Assembly: GCA_964483855.1 (NCBI GenBank)
Contig: CAZADK010000001.1
Span: 1 to 41,462 of the forward strand
Direction of reading: 5' to 3'
From: an uncultured Rhodoferax sp.
Lineage (GTDB): Bacteria > Pseudomonadota > Gammaproteobacteria > Burkholderiales > Burkholderiaceae_C
Length of the DNA stretch: 41,462 nt
Positions 9,387 to 17,336 of this stretch are shown in pieces (the first letter of the stretch is position 1; each line of letters begins with the position of its first letter). A program made the translations under genes and the position numbers. The notes beneath the pieces were generated by a model. The model made no database searches, was not told the DNA's origin, and saw nothing but the letters and a program-made list of their open reading frames with translations.

Positions 9387-10865
9387 ATGCTGGTTCTGGA
9401 TCACGATCGCGCTGGAGGTTATTGGGGGGCGGTGTATGTATTCACCGCCATCAAGGGCCTGCAAGTGGTGATCGATGGGCCTGTAGGTTGCGAGAATCTG
9501 CCAGTGACTTCGGTGCTGCATTACACGGATGCCTTGCCGCCGCATGAACTGCCGATTGTGGTCACCGGTCTGGCCGAGGAGCAGTTGGGTCGCGAAGGTA
9601 CTGAAGGCTCCATGCGCCGGGCACATGCCGCGCTGGACCCGGACCTGCCTTCTGTGGTGGTGACCGGTTCGATCGCCGAGATGATTGGTGGTGGCGTGAC
9701 ACCGGCGGGCACCAACATCATGCGGTTCCTGCCCCGAACGATTGACGAAGACCAATGGCAGTGCGCCAACCGTGCCATGTTCTGGCTGTGGTCGGAATAT
9801 GGGCTCAAGCATGTGCCGGCTCGCAAACCGTTTGCCGAACGGCCGGTCGGCGAAAAGCCCCGAGTCAACATCATCGGCCCCTGTTACGGCACGTTCAACT
9901 CCCCCAGTGACCTGGCCGAGATTCGCCGTCTCGTGCAAGGCATCGGCGCCGAAATCAACATGGTTTTTCCGCTGGGCAGTCACCTGGCCGATGTGTCACG
10001 CCTGGTGGAAGCTGATGTCAATGTCTGCATGTACCGCGAGTTCGGGCGCATGCTGTGCGAGGCACTGGAGCGTCCTTACCTGCAGGCGCCCATCGGCCTG
10101 CACAGTACCACCAAGTTTTTGCGCAAACTGGGCGAGTTGCTGGGACTGGACCCCGAACCGTTTATCGAGCGCGAAAAGCACACGACCATCAAACCCATCT
10201 GGGATTTGTGGCGCTCGGTAACCCAGGACTTCTTTGGCACCGCCAGCTTCGCAGTAGTGGCCAACGAGACCTATACCCGCGGTATCCGCCATTTCCTGGA
10301 AGATGAAATGGGCCTGCCCTGCAACTTTGCGGTGGCTCGCTGTCCAGGTGAAAAAACCGACAACGCCGAAGTGCGCCGGTTGGTTGCTTCGAAAACGCCG
10401 CTGGTCATGTATGGCAGCTACAACGAGCGCATCTATTTGGCTGAATGCGGAGGTGGCCAGATGATGAAGGCCACCTTTATCCCGGCGTCGTTCCCGCTTC
10501 CCATTATTCGTCGCCACACGGGTACGCCGTTCATGGGGTATGCGGGGGCGACGTACATCATTCAGGAGTTTTGCAACGCGCTGTTTGACGCGCTGTTCCA
10601 CATCCTGCCGCTGGGCACAGAGCTGGACAAGATCGACGCCACGCCCAGCCGCGTTGCCTCGGAAAAACCCTTGCCCTGGGAGCCGCAAGCCCATGCACTT
10701 CTGGAAGAAATGATAGCGGCTGAGCCAGTTCTGGTGAGGATCTCTGCCGCCAAGCAAATACGTGACCGCGCCGAGCGCGATGCACGCGAGACCGGTCGCC
10801 CCCAAGTGGAGGCAAATCGATTCTCAGAGTTGTTCAAGTTACCCAAAACGGGAGTCGCCGCATGA
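9387..10865 (+). CDS. bchZ: Chlorophyllide a reductase subunit Z
   Basis: N-terminus '[17 protein letters not shown]...[11 protein letters not shown]' and a C-terminal PCP-red-like domain. Confidence 0.97.
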   Translation: MLVLDHDRAGGYWGAVYVFTAIKGLQVVIDGPVGCENLPVTSVLHYTDALPPHELPIVVTGLAEEQLGREGTEGSMRRAHAALDPDLPSVVVTGSIAEMIGGGVTPAGTNIMRFLPRTIDEDQWQCANRAMFWLWSEYGLKHVPARKPFAERPVGEKPRVNIIGPCYGTFNSPSDLAEIRRLVQGIGAEINMVFPLGSHLADVSRLVEADVNVCMYREFGRMLCEALERPYLQAPIGLHSTTKFLRKLGELLGLDPEPFIEREKHTTIKPIWDLWRSVTQDFFGTASFAVVANETYTRGIRHFLEDEMGLPCNFAVARCPGEKTDNAEVRRLVASKTPLVMYGSYNERIYLAECGGGQMMKATFIPASFPLPIIRRHTGTPFMGYAGATYIIQEFCNALFDALFHILPLGTELDKIDATPSRVASEKPLPWEPQAHALLEEMIAAEPVLVRISAAKQIRDRAERDARETGRPQVEANRFSELFKLPKTGVAA

Positions 10866-10984
10866 AAAGCGTCGCTTCTGTCGCAGGTAACCGGGGCAAG
10901 CGCCCGTTCCGCGGACGCCTAGCCTGCAATGGCGTTAACTGCGCCGTGGCAGTTCGTTCCGTACTCTTGCAAGGTACGGTGTAG
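10862..10984 (+). CDS. Possible 40-aa leader ORF upstream of pufB
   Basis: ATGA overlap with the bchZ stop and GGAG upstream. [40 protein letters not shown] has no recognisable homology. Confidence 0.3.
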   Translation: MKSVASVAGNRGKRPFRGRLACNGVNCAVAVRSVLLQGTV

Positions 10985-10997
10985 CCGAAAGGCTTTT
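10959..10997 (+). other. Two stem-loops in the pufB 5' leader
   Basis: CCGTAC-TCTTGCAAG-GTACGG (10959-10979) and AGCC-GAAA-GGCT followed by TTT (10983-10997). Confidence 0.55.
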
Positions 10998-11014
10998 CAA
11001 GTGAGGTATTAAAT

Positions 11015-11158
11015 ATGGCTCAAACCGCCAATCCGTCGGGTCTGACGGACGAAGAGTGCCAAGAATTCCACGGCTACTACATCAAGGGATACCTGTTGTG
11101 GGCTGTGGGCGCGTTCTTTGCGCACAGTTTGGTATGGATCTGGCGTCCCTGGTTCTAA
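11015..11158 (+). CDS. pufB: LH1 antenna beta polypeptide (47 aa; absent from the ORF track)
   Basis: MAQTANPSGLTDEECQEFHGYYIKGYLLWAVGAFFAHSLVWIWRPWF carries SGLT..E..EFH, AxxxH and WRPW motifs. GAGG RBS. Confidence 0.95.
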   Translation: MAQTANPSGLTDEECQEFHGYYIKGYLLWAVGAFFAHSLVWIWRPWF

Positions 11159-11180
11159 CGAACTTCCCACGGAGATGACT

Positions 11181-11405
11181 ATGGCACAACTGCATTTTCA
11201 ACAGCGTCCAATGGCGGTCGGAAGTCCTATGCAAGGATTCCGGGTGATTTTTGTCGCGCTTTTCTGTGTCTTTCTGTTTTTGGCAATCGTGGGGCAAATG
11301 TTCTTTGTGAACTGGCGTGCATGGTTGCCGGGGGCAGAGGGTACCCAGTCAGTGTTTGAAAGTGTGCGTTCTGCAACTTACACCGTGGTCTCGCTAATCG
11401 GTTAA
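11181..11405 (+). CDS. 74-aa single-TM protein between pufB and pufA (LH-beta-like or PufQ-like)
   Basis: GGAG RBS at 11171-11174. TM segment FRVIFVALFCVFLFLAIVGQMFFV is followed by NWRAWLPG and an amphipathic tail. It fills the pufB-pufA gap tightly. Confidence 0.85.
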   Translation: MAQLHFQQRPMAVGSPMQGFRVIFVALFCVFLFLAIVGQMFFVNWRAWLPGAEGTQSVFESVRSATYTVVSLIG

Positions 11406-11421
11406 CTGAAAGGAAATTATT

Positions 11422-11613
11422 ATGTGGCGTTATTGGCGTATTGTTGATCCCCGCAAGGCGATCATTGGCACTGGCTTGTTGATCGCGTTCGTCTCGACGA
11501 GCATTCACTTGATTCAGATCAGTGGTGATCGTTACAACATCAACACGTGGCATCCGGACACGGTTAAGGCCGCAAAAGCTGCACAAAATGCAGCGCTGCC
11601 TCCTGCCAAGTAA
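11422..11613 (+). CDS. pufA: LH1 antenna alpha polypeptide (divergent)
   Basis: 'MWRYWRIVDPRKA...IH...DRYN'. AAGGA RBS and position directly before pufL. Confidence 0.9.
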   Translation: MWRYWRIVDPRKAIIGTGLLIAFVSTSIHLIQISGDRYNINTWHPDTVKAAKAAQNAALPPAK

Positions 11614-11635
11614 CGGCTGCGTAGGCTGCCGTAGC

Positions 11636-11731
11636 GGTGCGAGAAGCGGAGCCTGTCCGGTCCGCTTCGAGCACCCTCAAGAACAATCGTTGACTGAGCC
11701 CGGATTGCGCAGGGTCGCGCATGCCGGTCAG
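11636..11731 (+). other. pufA-pufL intercistronic stem-loops (segmental mRNA stability)
   Basis: GGTGC..GAAGCGGA/TCCGCTTC..GCACC (11636-11675). A second imperfect stem CTGA..CCGG..TGCGC/GCGCA..CCGG.TCAG (11694-11731) ends at the pufL RBS. Confidence 0.65.
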
Positions 11732-11741
11732 AGGAGCCCCC

Positions 11742-12575
11742 ATGGCAATGCTGAGCTTTGAGAGAAAGTACCGCGTACGCGGTGGCACCCTGATAGGGGG
11801 TGACCTGTTCGACTTCTGGGTCGGGCCGTTCTATGTCGGCTTCTTTGGAGTCTCGACCCTGTTTTTCGCGTTGGTCGGCACCACCATGATTTTGTGGGGC
11901 GCGGCGGCCGGCCCCACATGGAACTTGTGGCAGATCAGCATCGCGCCACCCGACCTGTCATACGGACTACGCATGGCGCCGATGATGGAGGGAGGGTTGT
12001 GGCAGATCATCACCGTCTGTGCCCTGGGGTCTTTTGTGTCCTGGATGCTGCGCCAGGTAGAGATCTGTCGAAAGCTCGGCATGGGCATCCATGTCCCAGT
12101 GGCTTTCGGATTCGCGATCTTTGCGTATTTCACGTTGCAGGTCATTCGCCCGGTGTTGATGGGTGGCTGGGGCCATGCGTTTCCCTACGGCATTTACAGC
12201 CACCTGGACTGGGTCAGCAACACGGCCTACCAATACCTGCATTTTCACTACAACCCGGCGCACATGATTGCAGCCAGTCTGTTCTTTGCTACGGTGCTTG
12301 CACTCTCCATGCACGGCGGTTTGGTGTTGTCAGCCACCAACCCAAAAAAGGGCGAAGTGGTCAAGACACCAGAACACGAAGACACCTTCTTCCGTGATGT
12401 CATCGGCTACTCCGTTGGAACGTTGGGTATTCACCGTTTGGGTCTGTTCCTTGCACTGGCGGCTGTGTGGTTTTCGGCACTTTGCATCGTTATCAGTGGT
12501 CCTTTCTGGACACGCGGATGGCCCGAATGGTGGGGCTGGTGGCTGAACATGCCGATCTGGGGCCATCAAGTCTAG
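11742..12575 (+). CDS. pufL: Photosynthetic reaction centre L subunit
   Basis: '[15 protein letters not shown]', 'HLDWVS', 'HFHYNPAHM', 'EHEDTFFRD', 'GIHRLG'. GAGGAG RBS. Confidence 0.99.
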   Translation: MAMLSFERKYRVRGGTLIGGDLFDFWVGPFYVGFFGVSTLFFALVGTTMILWGAAAGPTWNLWQISIAPPDLSYGLRMAPMMEGGLWQIITVCALGSFVSWMLRQVEICRKLGMGIHVPVAFGFAIFAYFTLQVIRPVLMGGWGHAFPYGIYSHLDWVSNTAYQYLHFHYNPAHMIAASLFFATVLALSMHGGLVLSATNPKKGEVVKTPEHEDTFFRDVIGYSVGTLGIHRLGLFLALAAVWFSALCIVISGPFWTRGWPEWWGWWLNMPIWGHQV

Positions 12576-12584
12576 GAGAACACC

Positions 12585-13586
12585 ATGGCGGAATATCAGA
12601 ATCTTTTCACCACCGTACAGCCTACCGGGCCTGGCTCCATGGGCATTCCCTTGCCCAGGGGCGACTCTCAGCGGGTCGGAACGCCTTTTTTCCTGCACAT
12701 CCTGGGGCGTTTGGGCAATGCGCAGATCGGACCGATTTACCTTGGATGGTTAGGCGTCGCCTCGTTGCTGTGCGGAACACTGGCTTTCAACATTATTGGC
12801 TTCAACATGCTGGCGGCCGTCGACTGGAATCCGCTGCAATTGATCCGACAGCTGTTCTGGCTCGCGCTGGAGCCACCGGCTCCTAGCTATGGCTTGCAGA
12901 TTCCCCCGCTCAACCAGGGTGGCTGGTGGCTGGTGGCTGGCTTTATGCTCACCACCTCGCTGATCCTGTGGTGGACCCGCATTTACCGGCGCGCGCGCCA
13001 ACTGGGCCTGGGAACCCATGTGGCCTGGGCGTTTGCAGCCGCCATCTGGCTCTATCTGGTGTGCGGATTTTTTCGCCCCATCATGATGGGTAGTTGGTCG
13101 GAAGCCGTGCCGTTTGGCATTTTCCCGCACCTAGACTGGGTCTCTGCGGTGTCACTTCGCCACGGCAACCTCTTCTACAACCCCTTCCATGCGCTGTCGA
13201 TCGTGTTTCTGTACGGTTCGGTGCTGTTGTTTGCCATGCATGGTGCAACCATTCTGGCCGTGAGCCGTTTTGGTGGCGAACGCGAGATTGAGCAGATCGT
13301 CGACCGCGGTACGGCCTCTGAGCGCGCGGGGCTGTTCTGGCGCTGGACCATGGGCTTCAATGCCACCATGGAGTCGATTCACCGCTGGGCCTGGTGGTTC
13401 GCCGTGCTGTGCCCGCTGGTGGGTGGCATCGGCATTTTGTTGACGGGCCCCGTGGTCGACAACTGGTACCTCTGGTCGGTCAAGCACCACGTGGTTCCTG
13501 CCTACATCACCTCGTGGCAGGCACCGATAGACCCGGCGCTGTTGCCACAGGTGATTCCAAAGCAGGTCCCATACCCCGGGCCGTAA
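12585..13586 (+). CDS. pufM: Photosynthetic reaction centre M subunit
   Basis: 'MAEYQNLFT', 'GNLFYNPFH', '[10 protein letters not shown]', '[22 protein letters not shown]'. Confidence 0.99.
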   Translation: MAEYQNLFTTVQPTGPGSMGIPLPRGDSQRVGTPFFLHILGRLGNAQIGPIYLGWLGVASLLCGTLAFNIIGFNMLAAVDWNPLQLIRQLFWLALEPPAPSYGLQIPPLNQGGWWLVAGFMLTTSLILWWTRIYRRARQLGLGTHVAWAFAAAIWLYLVCGFFRPIMMGSWSEAVPFGIFPHLDWVSAVSLRHGNLFYNPFHALSIVFLYGSVLLFAMHGATILAVSRFGGEREIEQIVDRGTASERAGLFWRWTMGFNATMESIHRWAWWFAVLCPLVGGIGILLTGPVVDNWYLWSVKHHVVPAYITSWQAPIDPALLPQVIPKQVPYPGP

Positions 13587-13628
13587 AATCTGGAATCCGA
13601 CGGTCAAGCCTTAACAGAGCTGCTCGCT

Positions 13629-13670
13629 GGCCCTTGCATTCTTTCGGGAATCAGGGGCCTGTACGTTTTT
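13629..13670 (+). terminator. Probable intrinsic terminator after pufM
   Basis: Imperfect hairpin GGCCCTTGCATTCT-TTCG-GGAATCAGGGGCC followed by TGTACGTTTTT. Confidence 0.55.
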
Positions 13671-13678
13671 GATGATCC

Positions 13679-14395
13679 ATGACACCCTCGCTCCCGTTCG
13701 TTCAACCTGCGGGAGGTGCCGCGGTAGCAGTGTTTCTCTTGGCAGACATTGCGCCACGGTTTCGCTGGTGGGGCTACGCCCGGTTTGTGGTGCAGCGCTT
13801 TCAGATGCGCGATATTCCTGGCTTGGTATTCTTCAAGGTCATGGGCAGTGGTTTTGATGGCGGGTTCGGCTTGAAACCTAGTGCTTCCCGGCAGGCCCTG
13901 TTTTGCATTTTCCAGGACGAGGCTTGTGCCGATCGGTTTTTGGCATCTGACATGGTCAAACGTTATTCCCGTCGTTCCCTTGAATTTTGTACTGCCAAGT
14001 TGCGGGCCTATTCCTGCAAAGGCACATGGTCGGGCCAGCAAATAGACGTCACGGCCACCGAGCCTGACTTCGGGCCGATTGCCACCCTGACCCGCGCTTC
14101 AATCCGCCCCTCTCGCGTCTGGGCGTTCTGGCGCATGCAGCCAGCCAGCGAGATATCGCTCAACAACGCCGCCGACTGCCTGCTTGCCACCGGCGTGGGT
14201 GAGGCACCACTTTTTCGGCAAGCCACCTTCAGTCTGTGGAGCAGTGTGCAGGCCATGGATCGTTATGCGCGCTCGGGTGCACATCTCGCCGCTATCCGCG
14301 CGGCCCATGAGGGCCAGTTTTTCTCGGAGTCGATGTTCGTGCGCTTCGTACCACTGACCTTGAGCGGCCAGTGGCGGGGACGCCACTATGGCTGA
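13679..14395 (+). CDS. crtA: Spheroidene monooxygenase
   Basis: 'FFKVMGSGFDGGFGLKPS', 'LTRASIRP', 'GVGEAPLFRQATFSLW', 'GAHLAAI', 'ESMFVRF'. Confidence 0.9.
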   Translation: MTPSLPFVQPAGGAAVAVFLLADIAPRFRWWGYARFVVQRFQMRDIPGLVFFKVMGSGFDGGFGLKPSASRQALFCIFQDEACADRFLASDMVKRYSRRSLEFCTAKLRAYSCKGTWSGQQIDVTATEPDFGPIATLTRASIRPSRVWAFWRMQPASEISLNNAADCLLATGVGEAPLFRQATFSLWSSVQAMDRYARSGAHLAAIRAAHEGQFFSESMFVRFVPLTLSGQWRGRHYG

Positions 14396-15971
14396 GCCCG
14401 CAACGCTTCGCGCACACCATGTGGTGGTGGTGGGTGCCGGCGTCGGTGGCCTGGTCAGTGCATTGCTGTTGGCGCACCGGGGCGTGCGCGTGACTCTCGT
14501 GGAGACAGCCGACGCGCCTGGCGGCAAGATGCGCCAGGTGGTGGTGGGCGGTTCGCCGATCGACTCCGGGCCCACCGTGTTCACCATGCGTTGGGTGTTT
14601 GAGCAGATCCTTCACACCGTGGGCCAGTCGCTGGATGCAGTGCTGAACCTGCAACCCCTGTCTGTGCTGGCACGCCACGCGTGGCGCGACCATGACCATC
14701 GGTTGGACCTTTACTCGGACGTGCACCGCTCCGCGGATGCCATTGCGGCCTTCAGCTCTCCGTCGGAAGGCCGTCGGTTTCTGGCGTTCTGCCAGCAGGC
14801 GCGTGCGGTGTACCAGTGCCTGGAAGGTCCCTACATCCGCTCATCGCGCCCTAGCCTGATGGGAATGGCAGGTGACCTGGGCCTGGGCGGGCTCAGAACG
14901 CTGGCGGGTCTGGGGCCTTTTTCTTCCCTGTGGCAAGCCCTTGGCAAACACTTTCACGATCCCCGTCTTCAACAACTGTTTGGCCGCTACGCCACCTACT
15001 GCGGCGCCTCCCCCTGGCTGGCGCCGGCCACCCTGATGCTGGTCGCTCACGTGGAACTGGACGGCGTGTGGTCGGTGCAAGGCGGTATGCACCAATTGGC
15101 CCATGTACTAGCCGATCTGGCGCAACAACAAGGTGCCGTGCTGCGCATGGGTACGCACTGTCAACGCATACTGGTGCGAGATGGACGGGCCTGTGGCGTA
15201 GAGCTGGGTAATGGCGAGCGCATTGATGCCGACGCCGTGGTCTTCAATGGAGATGCCAGCGCGTTGGGCCAAGGCTTGCTGGGCGAGGCTGCCCGTGCAG
15301 CCTCGCCTGCTACCCGTCGCGCGCAGAGGTCCCTGTCGGCGATCACCTGGTCTGTCAAAGCCTGCACCGCCGGTTTTCCGCTGGTACGACACAACGTATT
15401 TTTTGATACCGATTACCGCAGTGAATTCACGGACATCTTCAGCCGCCGCCGCCTACCTGAGCGCGGGACCGTCTACGTGTGCGCGCAAGACCGCCAGGAC
15501 GATGCCCAGAACCCGGGGCAGGCCGAACGCCTTTTGTGCCTGGTGAATGCCCCCGCCGACGGTGACCTACGACCTTGCGATGCCACGGAGATAGAAACAT
15601 GCCAGCAGCAAAGCCTGGAGCTGATGCGCCGTTGCGGTTTGGAGATCGACCCCGCGTCCGCCCAGTGGGTGACGACGACACCGAACGATTTCAACCGCCT
15701 GTTCCCGGGCACGGGTGGGGCGCTGTACGGCAGGGCATCCCACGGCTGGATGACCCCCTTTACGCGGCAGGACTCCAGCAGCAAGCTTGCGGGGCTGTAC
15801 CTGGCGGGTGGCAGCGTCCATCCGGGGCCGGGGGTGCCGATGGCGGCGCTGTCGGGGCAACTGGCGGCCGAGACCGTGATGGCGCACCTCGTTTCGACCA
15901 AGAAGTTGGGCCGGGTGCGTATCTCTGGTGGTATGTCGACGCCATCAGCGATGACGGCCGATACGCCTTGA
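14388..15971 (+). CDS. crtD: 1-hydroxycarotenoid 3,4-desaturase
   Basis: 'VVVGAGVGGL', 'DSGPTVFTMRWVF', 'LFGRYATYCGASP', 'GGSVHPGPGVPMAALSG' and the typical tail 'ISGGMSTP'. Confidence 0.95.
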   Translation: MAEPATLRAHHVVVVGAGVGGLVSALLLAHRGVRVTLVETADAPGGKMRQVVVGGSPIDSGPTVFTMRWVFEQILHTVGQSLDAVLNLQPLSVLARHAWRDHDHRLDLYSDVHRSADAIAAFSSPSEGRRFLAFCQQARAVYQCLEGPYIRSSRPSLMGMAGDLGLGGLRTLAGLGPFSSLWQALGKHFHDPRLQQLFGRYATYCGASPWLAPATLMLVAHVELDGVWSVQGGMHQLAHVLADLAQQQGAVLRMGTHCQRILVRDGRACGVELGNGERIDADAVVFNGDASALGQGLLGEAARAASPATRRAQRSLSAITWSVKACTAGFPLVRHNVFFDTDYRSEFTDIFSRRRLPERGTVYVCAQDRQDDAQNPGQAERLLCLVNAPADGDLRPCDATEIETCQQQSLELMRRCGLEIDPASAQWVTTTPNDFNRLFPGTGGALYGRASHGWMTPFTRQDSSSKLAGLYLAGGSVHPGPGVPMAALSGQLAAETVMAHLVSTKKLGRVRISGGMSTPSAMTADTP

Positions 15972-16825
15972 GCATCATTGCTTTTGTGGGCAGTGTGTTT
16001 TCTCCGTACTACGCTTCGGCGTTTGCCCGCCGCGGGAATAGCGTCGACCCGGACAATCACTGCGCCATCAATGTGGCCCTGTATGGCGCTGCCGGCAAAC
16101 GTTGGGCCATGACCGAGCGCACCCGTGCCGCAGTGCAGCGCGACCGGCGCCACTTTGGCGTGGGTCCGAGCAATTTGCACTGGCATCAGGACCACCTCAG
16201 CATTCATCTGGATGAGGTTTGCGCGCCCTTTCCTTTTCGCATCCGCGGCAAGGTCCGGATCTTTCCGAAAGCGCTGTGTTCCTATGTCGCGGCGCTTGAC
16301 GATGCCGGGCACCATCGGTGGGGGCCGATTGCGCCATGCGCCCGTGTTGAGGTGGACCTGGAGCGACCCCAAGCCAACTGGAAGGGGCAGGCCTATCTGG
16401 ACAGCAACGAAGGGGACGAGCCAGTCACACGCCCGTTCAACGTCTGGGACTGGTCGCGTGCGAGTCTGGCTGACGGCAGCACCGCGGTCATGTACGATGT
16501 GCGCCAAACCAATGGCAGTGAGCGGGTGATCGCCCAACGATTTACCCCGCAGGGCATGGTTCATGCATTTGAGGCGCCGCCGCGGCGCGAGGCCTTGCCA
16601 TCGACTTTTTGGCGTATCAAGCGGTCTGTTCGATCGGATGCCGGCTCTACCACGCGTGTGCTGGAAACCCTGGAGGACGCACCTTTTTATGCCCGTAGCC
16701 TGTTGCAGACCCAGTTGCTGGGTGAATCGGTCACCGCCGTGCATGAAACCTTGCAACCCCAGCGACTGACCGCACTACCGATGCGCTGGATGCTGCCCTG
16801 GCGCATGCCGCGCCGGGTCTGGTGA
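15599..16825 (+). CDS. crtC: Carotenoid 1,2-hydratase (hydroxyneurosporene synthase)
   Basis: 'PRFDQEVGPGAYLWWYVDAISDDG', 'IIAFVGSVFSPYY', 'HRWGPIAP', 'LEDAPFYARS'. The start is uncertain; ATG 15599 follows GGAG and overlaps crtD. Confidence 0.9.
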   Translation: MPAAKPGADAPLRFGDRPRVRPVGDDDTERFQPPVPGHGWGAVRQGIPRLDDPLYAAGLQQQACGAVPGGWQRPSGAGGADGGAVGATGGRDRDGAPRFDQEVGPGAYLWWYVDAISDDGRYALSIIAFVGSVFSPYYASAFARRGNSVDPDNHCAINVALYGAAGKRWAMTERTRAAVQRDRRHFGVGPSNLHWHQDHLSIHLDEVCAPFPFRIRGKVRIFPKALCSYVAALDDAGHHRWGPIAPCARVEVDLERPQANWKGQAYLDSNEGDEPVTRPFNVWDWSRASLADGSTAVMYDVRQTNGSERVIAQRFTPQGMVHAFEAPPRREALPSTFWRIKRSVRSDAGSTTRVLETLEDAPFYARSLLQTQLLGESVTAVHETLQPQRLTALPMRWMLPWRMPRRVW

Positions 16826-16835
16826 GGGAAGCCTC

Positions 16836-17294
16836 ATGATCGCCGGAGACACCGTGAAGATTGTGCATGTGCTCTCGGCCTGTTTGTTCCTGGGCAATGT
16901 TGTGGTGAGCGGGACTTGGGCCGCCCTGGCGGAGAGAACCGGGAAGTATGAGGTGATTGCCTTTAGCAACCGCCTGGTGCTGATCACCGATCTGCTGTTT
17001 ACCCTGACCGGGGCCTTGTTGGTGGTCTACACCGGTTCGCTTCTGGCTGAGCGCTACGGCGGAGCCAGCTCGCAGACCTGGATCGCCTGGTCCTACGGCC
17101 TGTTCGGATTGTCCGGACTTATCTGGGCGCTGGTGCTGGTGCCCATTCAATTGCGCCAGCGGGTGTTACTCAGGCGCGACAAGGCCATCACGCCCGAGTA
17201 CCTGAAACTGTCGCGCATCTGGCAGATCAGCGGCGCCATCGCCACCGTGGTTCCGTTGCCGATTTTCTACTTGATGATCACCAAGATTGCATAG
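16836..17294 (+). CDS. DUF2269-family integral membrane protein
   Basis: 'KIVHVLSACLFLGN', 'DLLFT', 'WALVLVPIQLR' and C-terminal 'FYLMITK'; about 4 TM helices. Confidence 0.8.
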   Translation: MIAGDTVKIVHVLSACLFLGNVVVSGTWAALAERTGKYEVIAFSNRLVLITDLLFTLTGALLVVYTGSLLAERYGGASSQTWIAWSYGLFGLSGLIWALVLVPIQLRQRVLLRRDKAITPEYLKLSRIWQISGAIATVVPLPIFYLMITKIA

Positions 17295-17336
17295 GCGCAG
17301 TATGTTTCATGCCCGTCCAGGCAGACATCAGTTGGC

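Noticed and set aside
6803-10865. Nitrogenase (nifH/D/K-like) genes
   Set aside because: Signature motifs and context identify them as bchXYZ. The other nitrogenase-like set is bchLNB.
12240-12250. Zn-BChl-type reaction centre (Acidiphilium has Glu at L168)
   Set aside because: His L168 is conserved in 'HFHYNPAH'.
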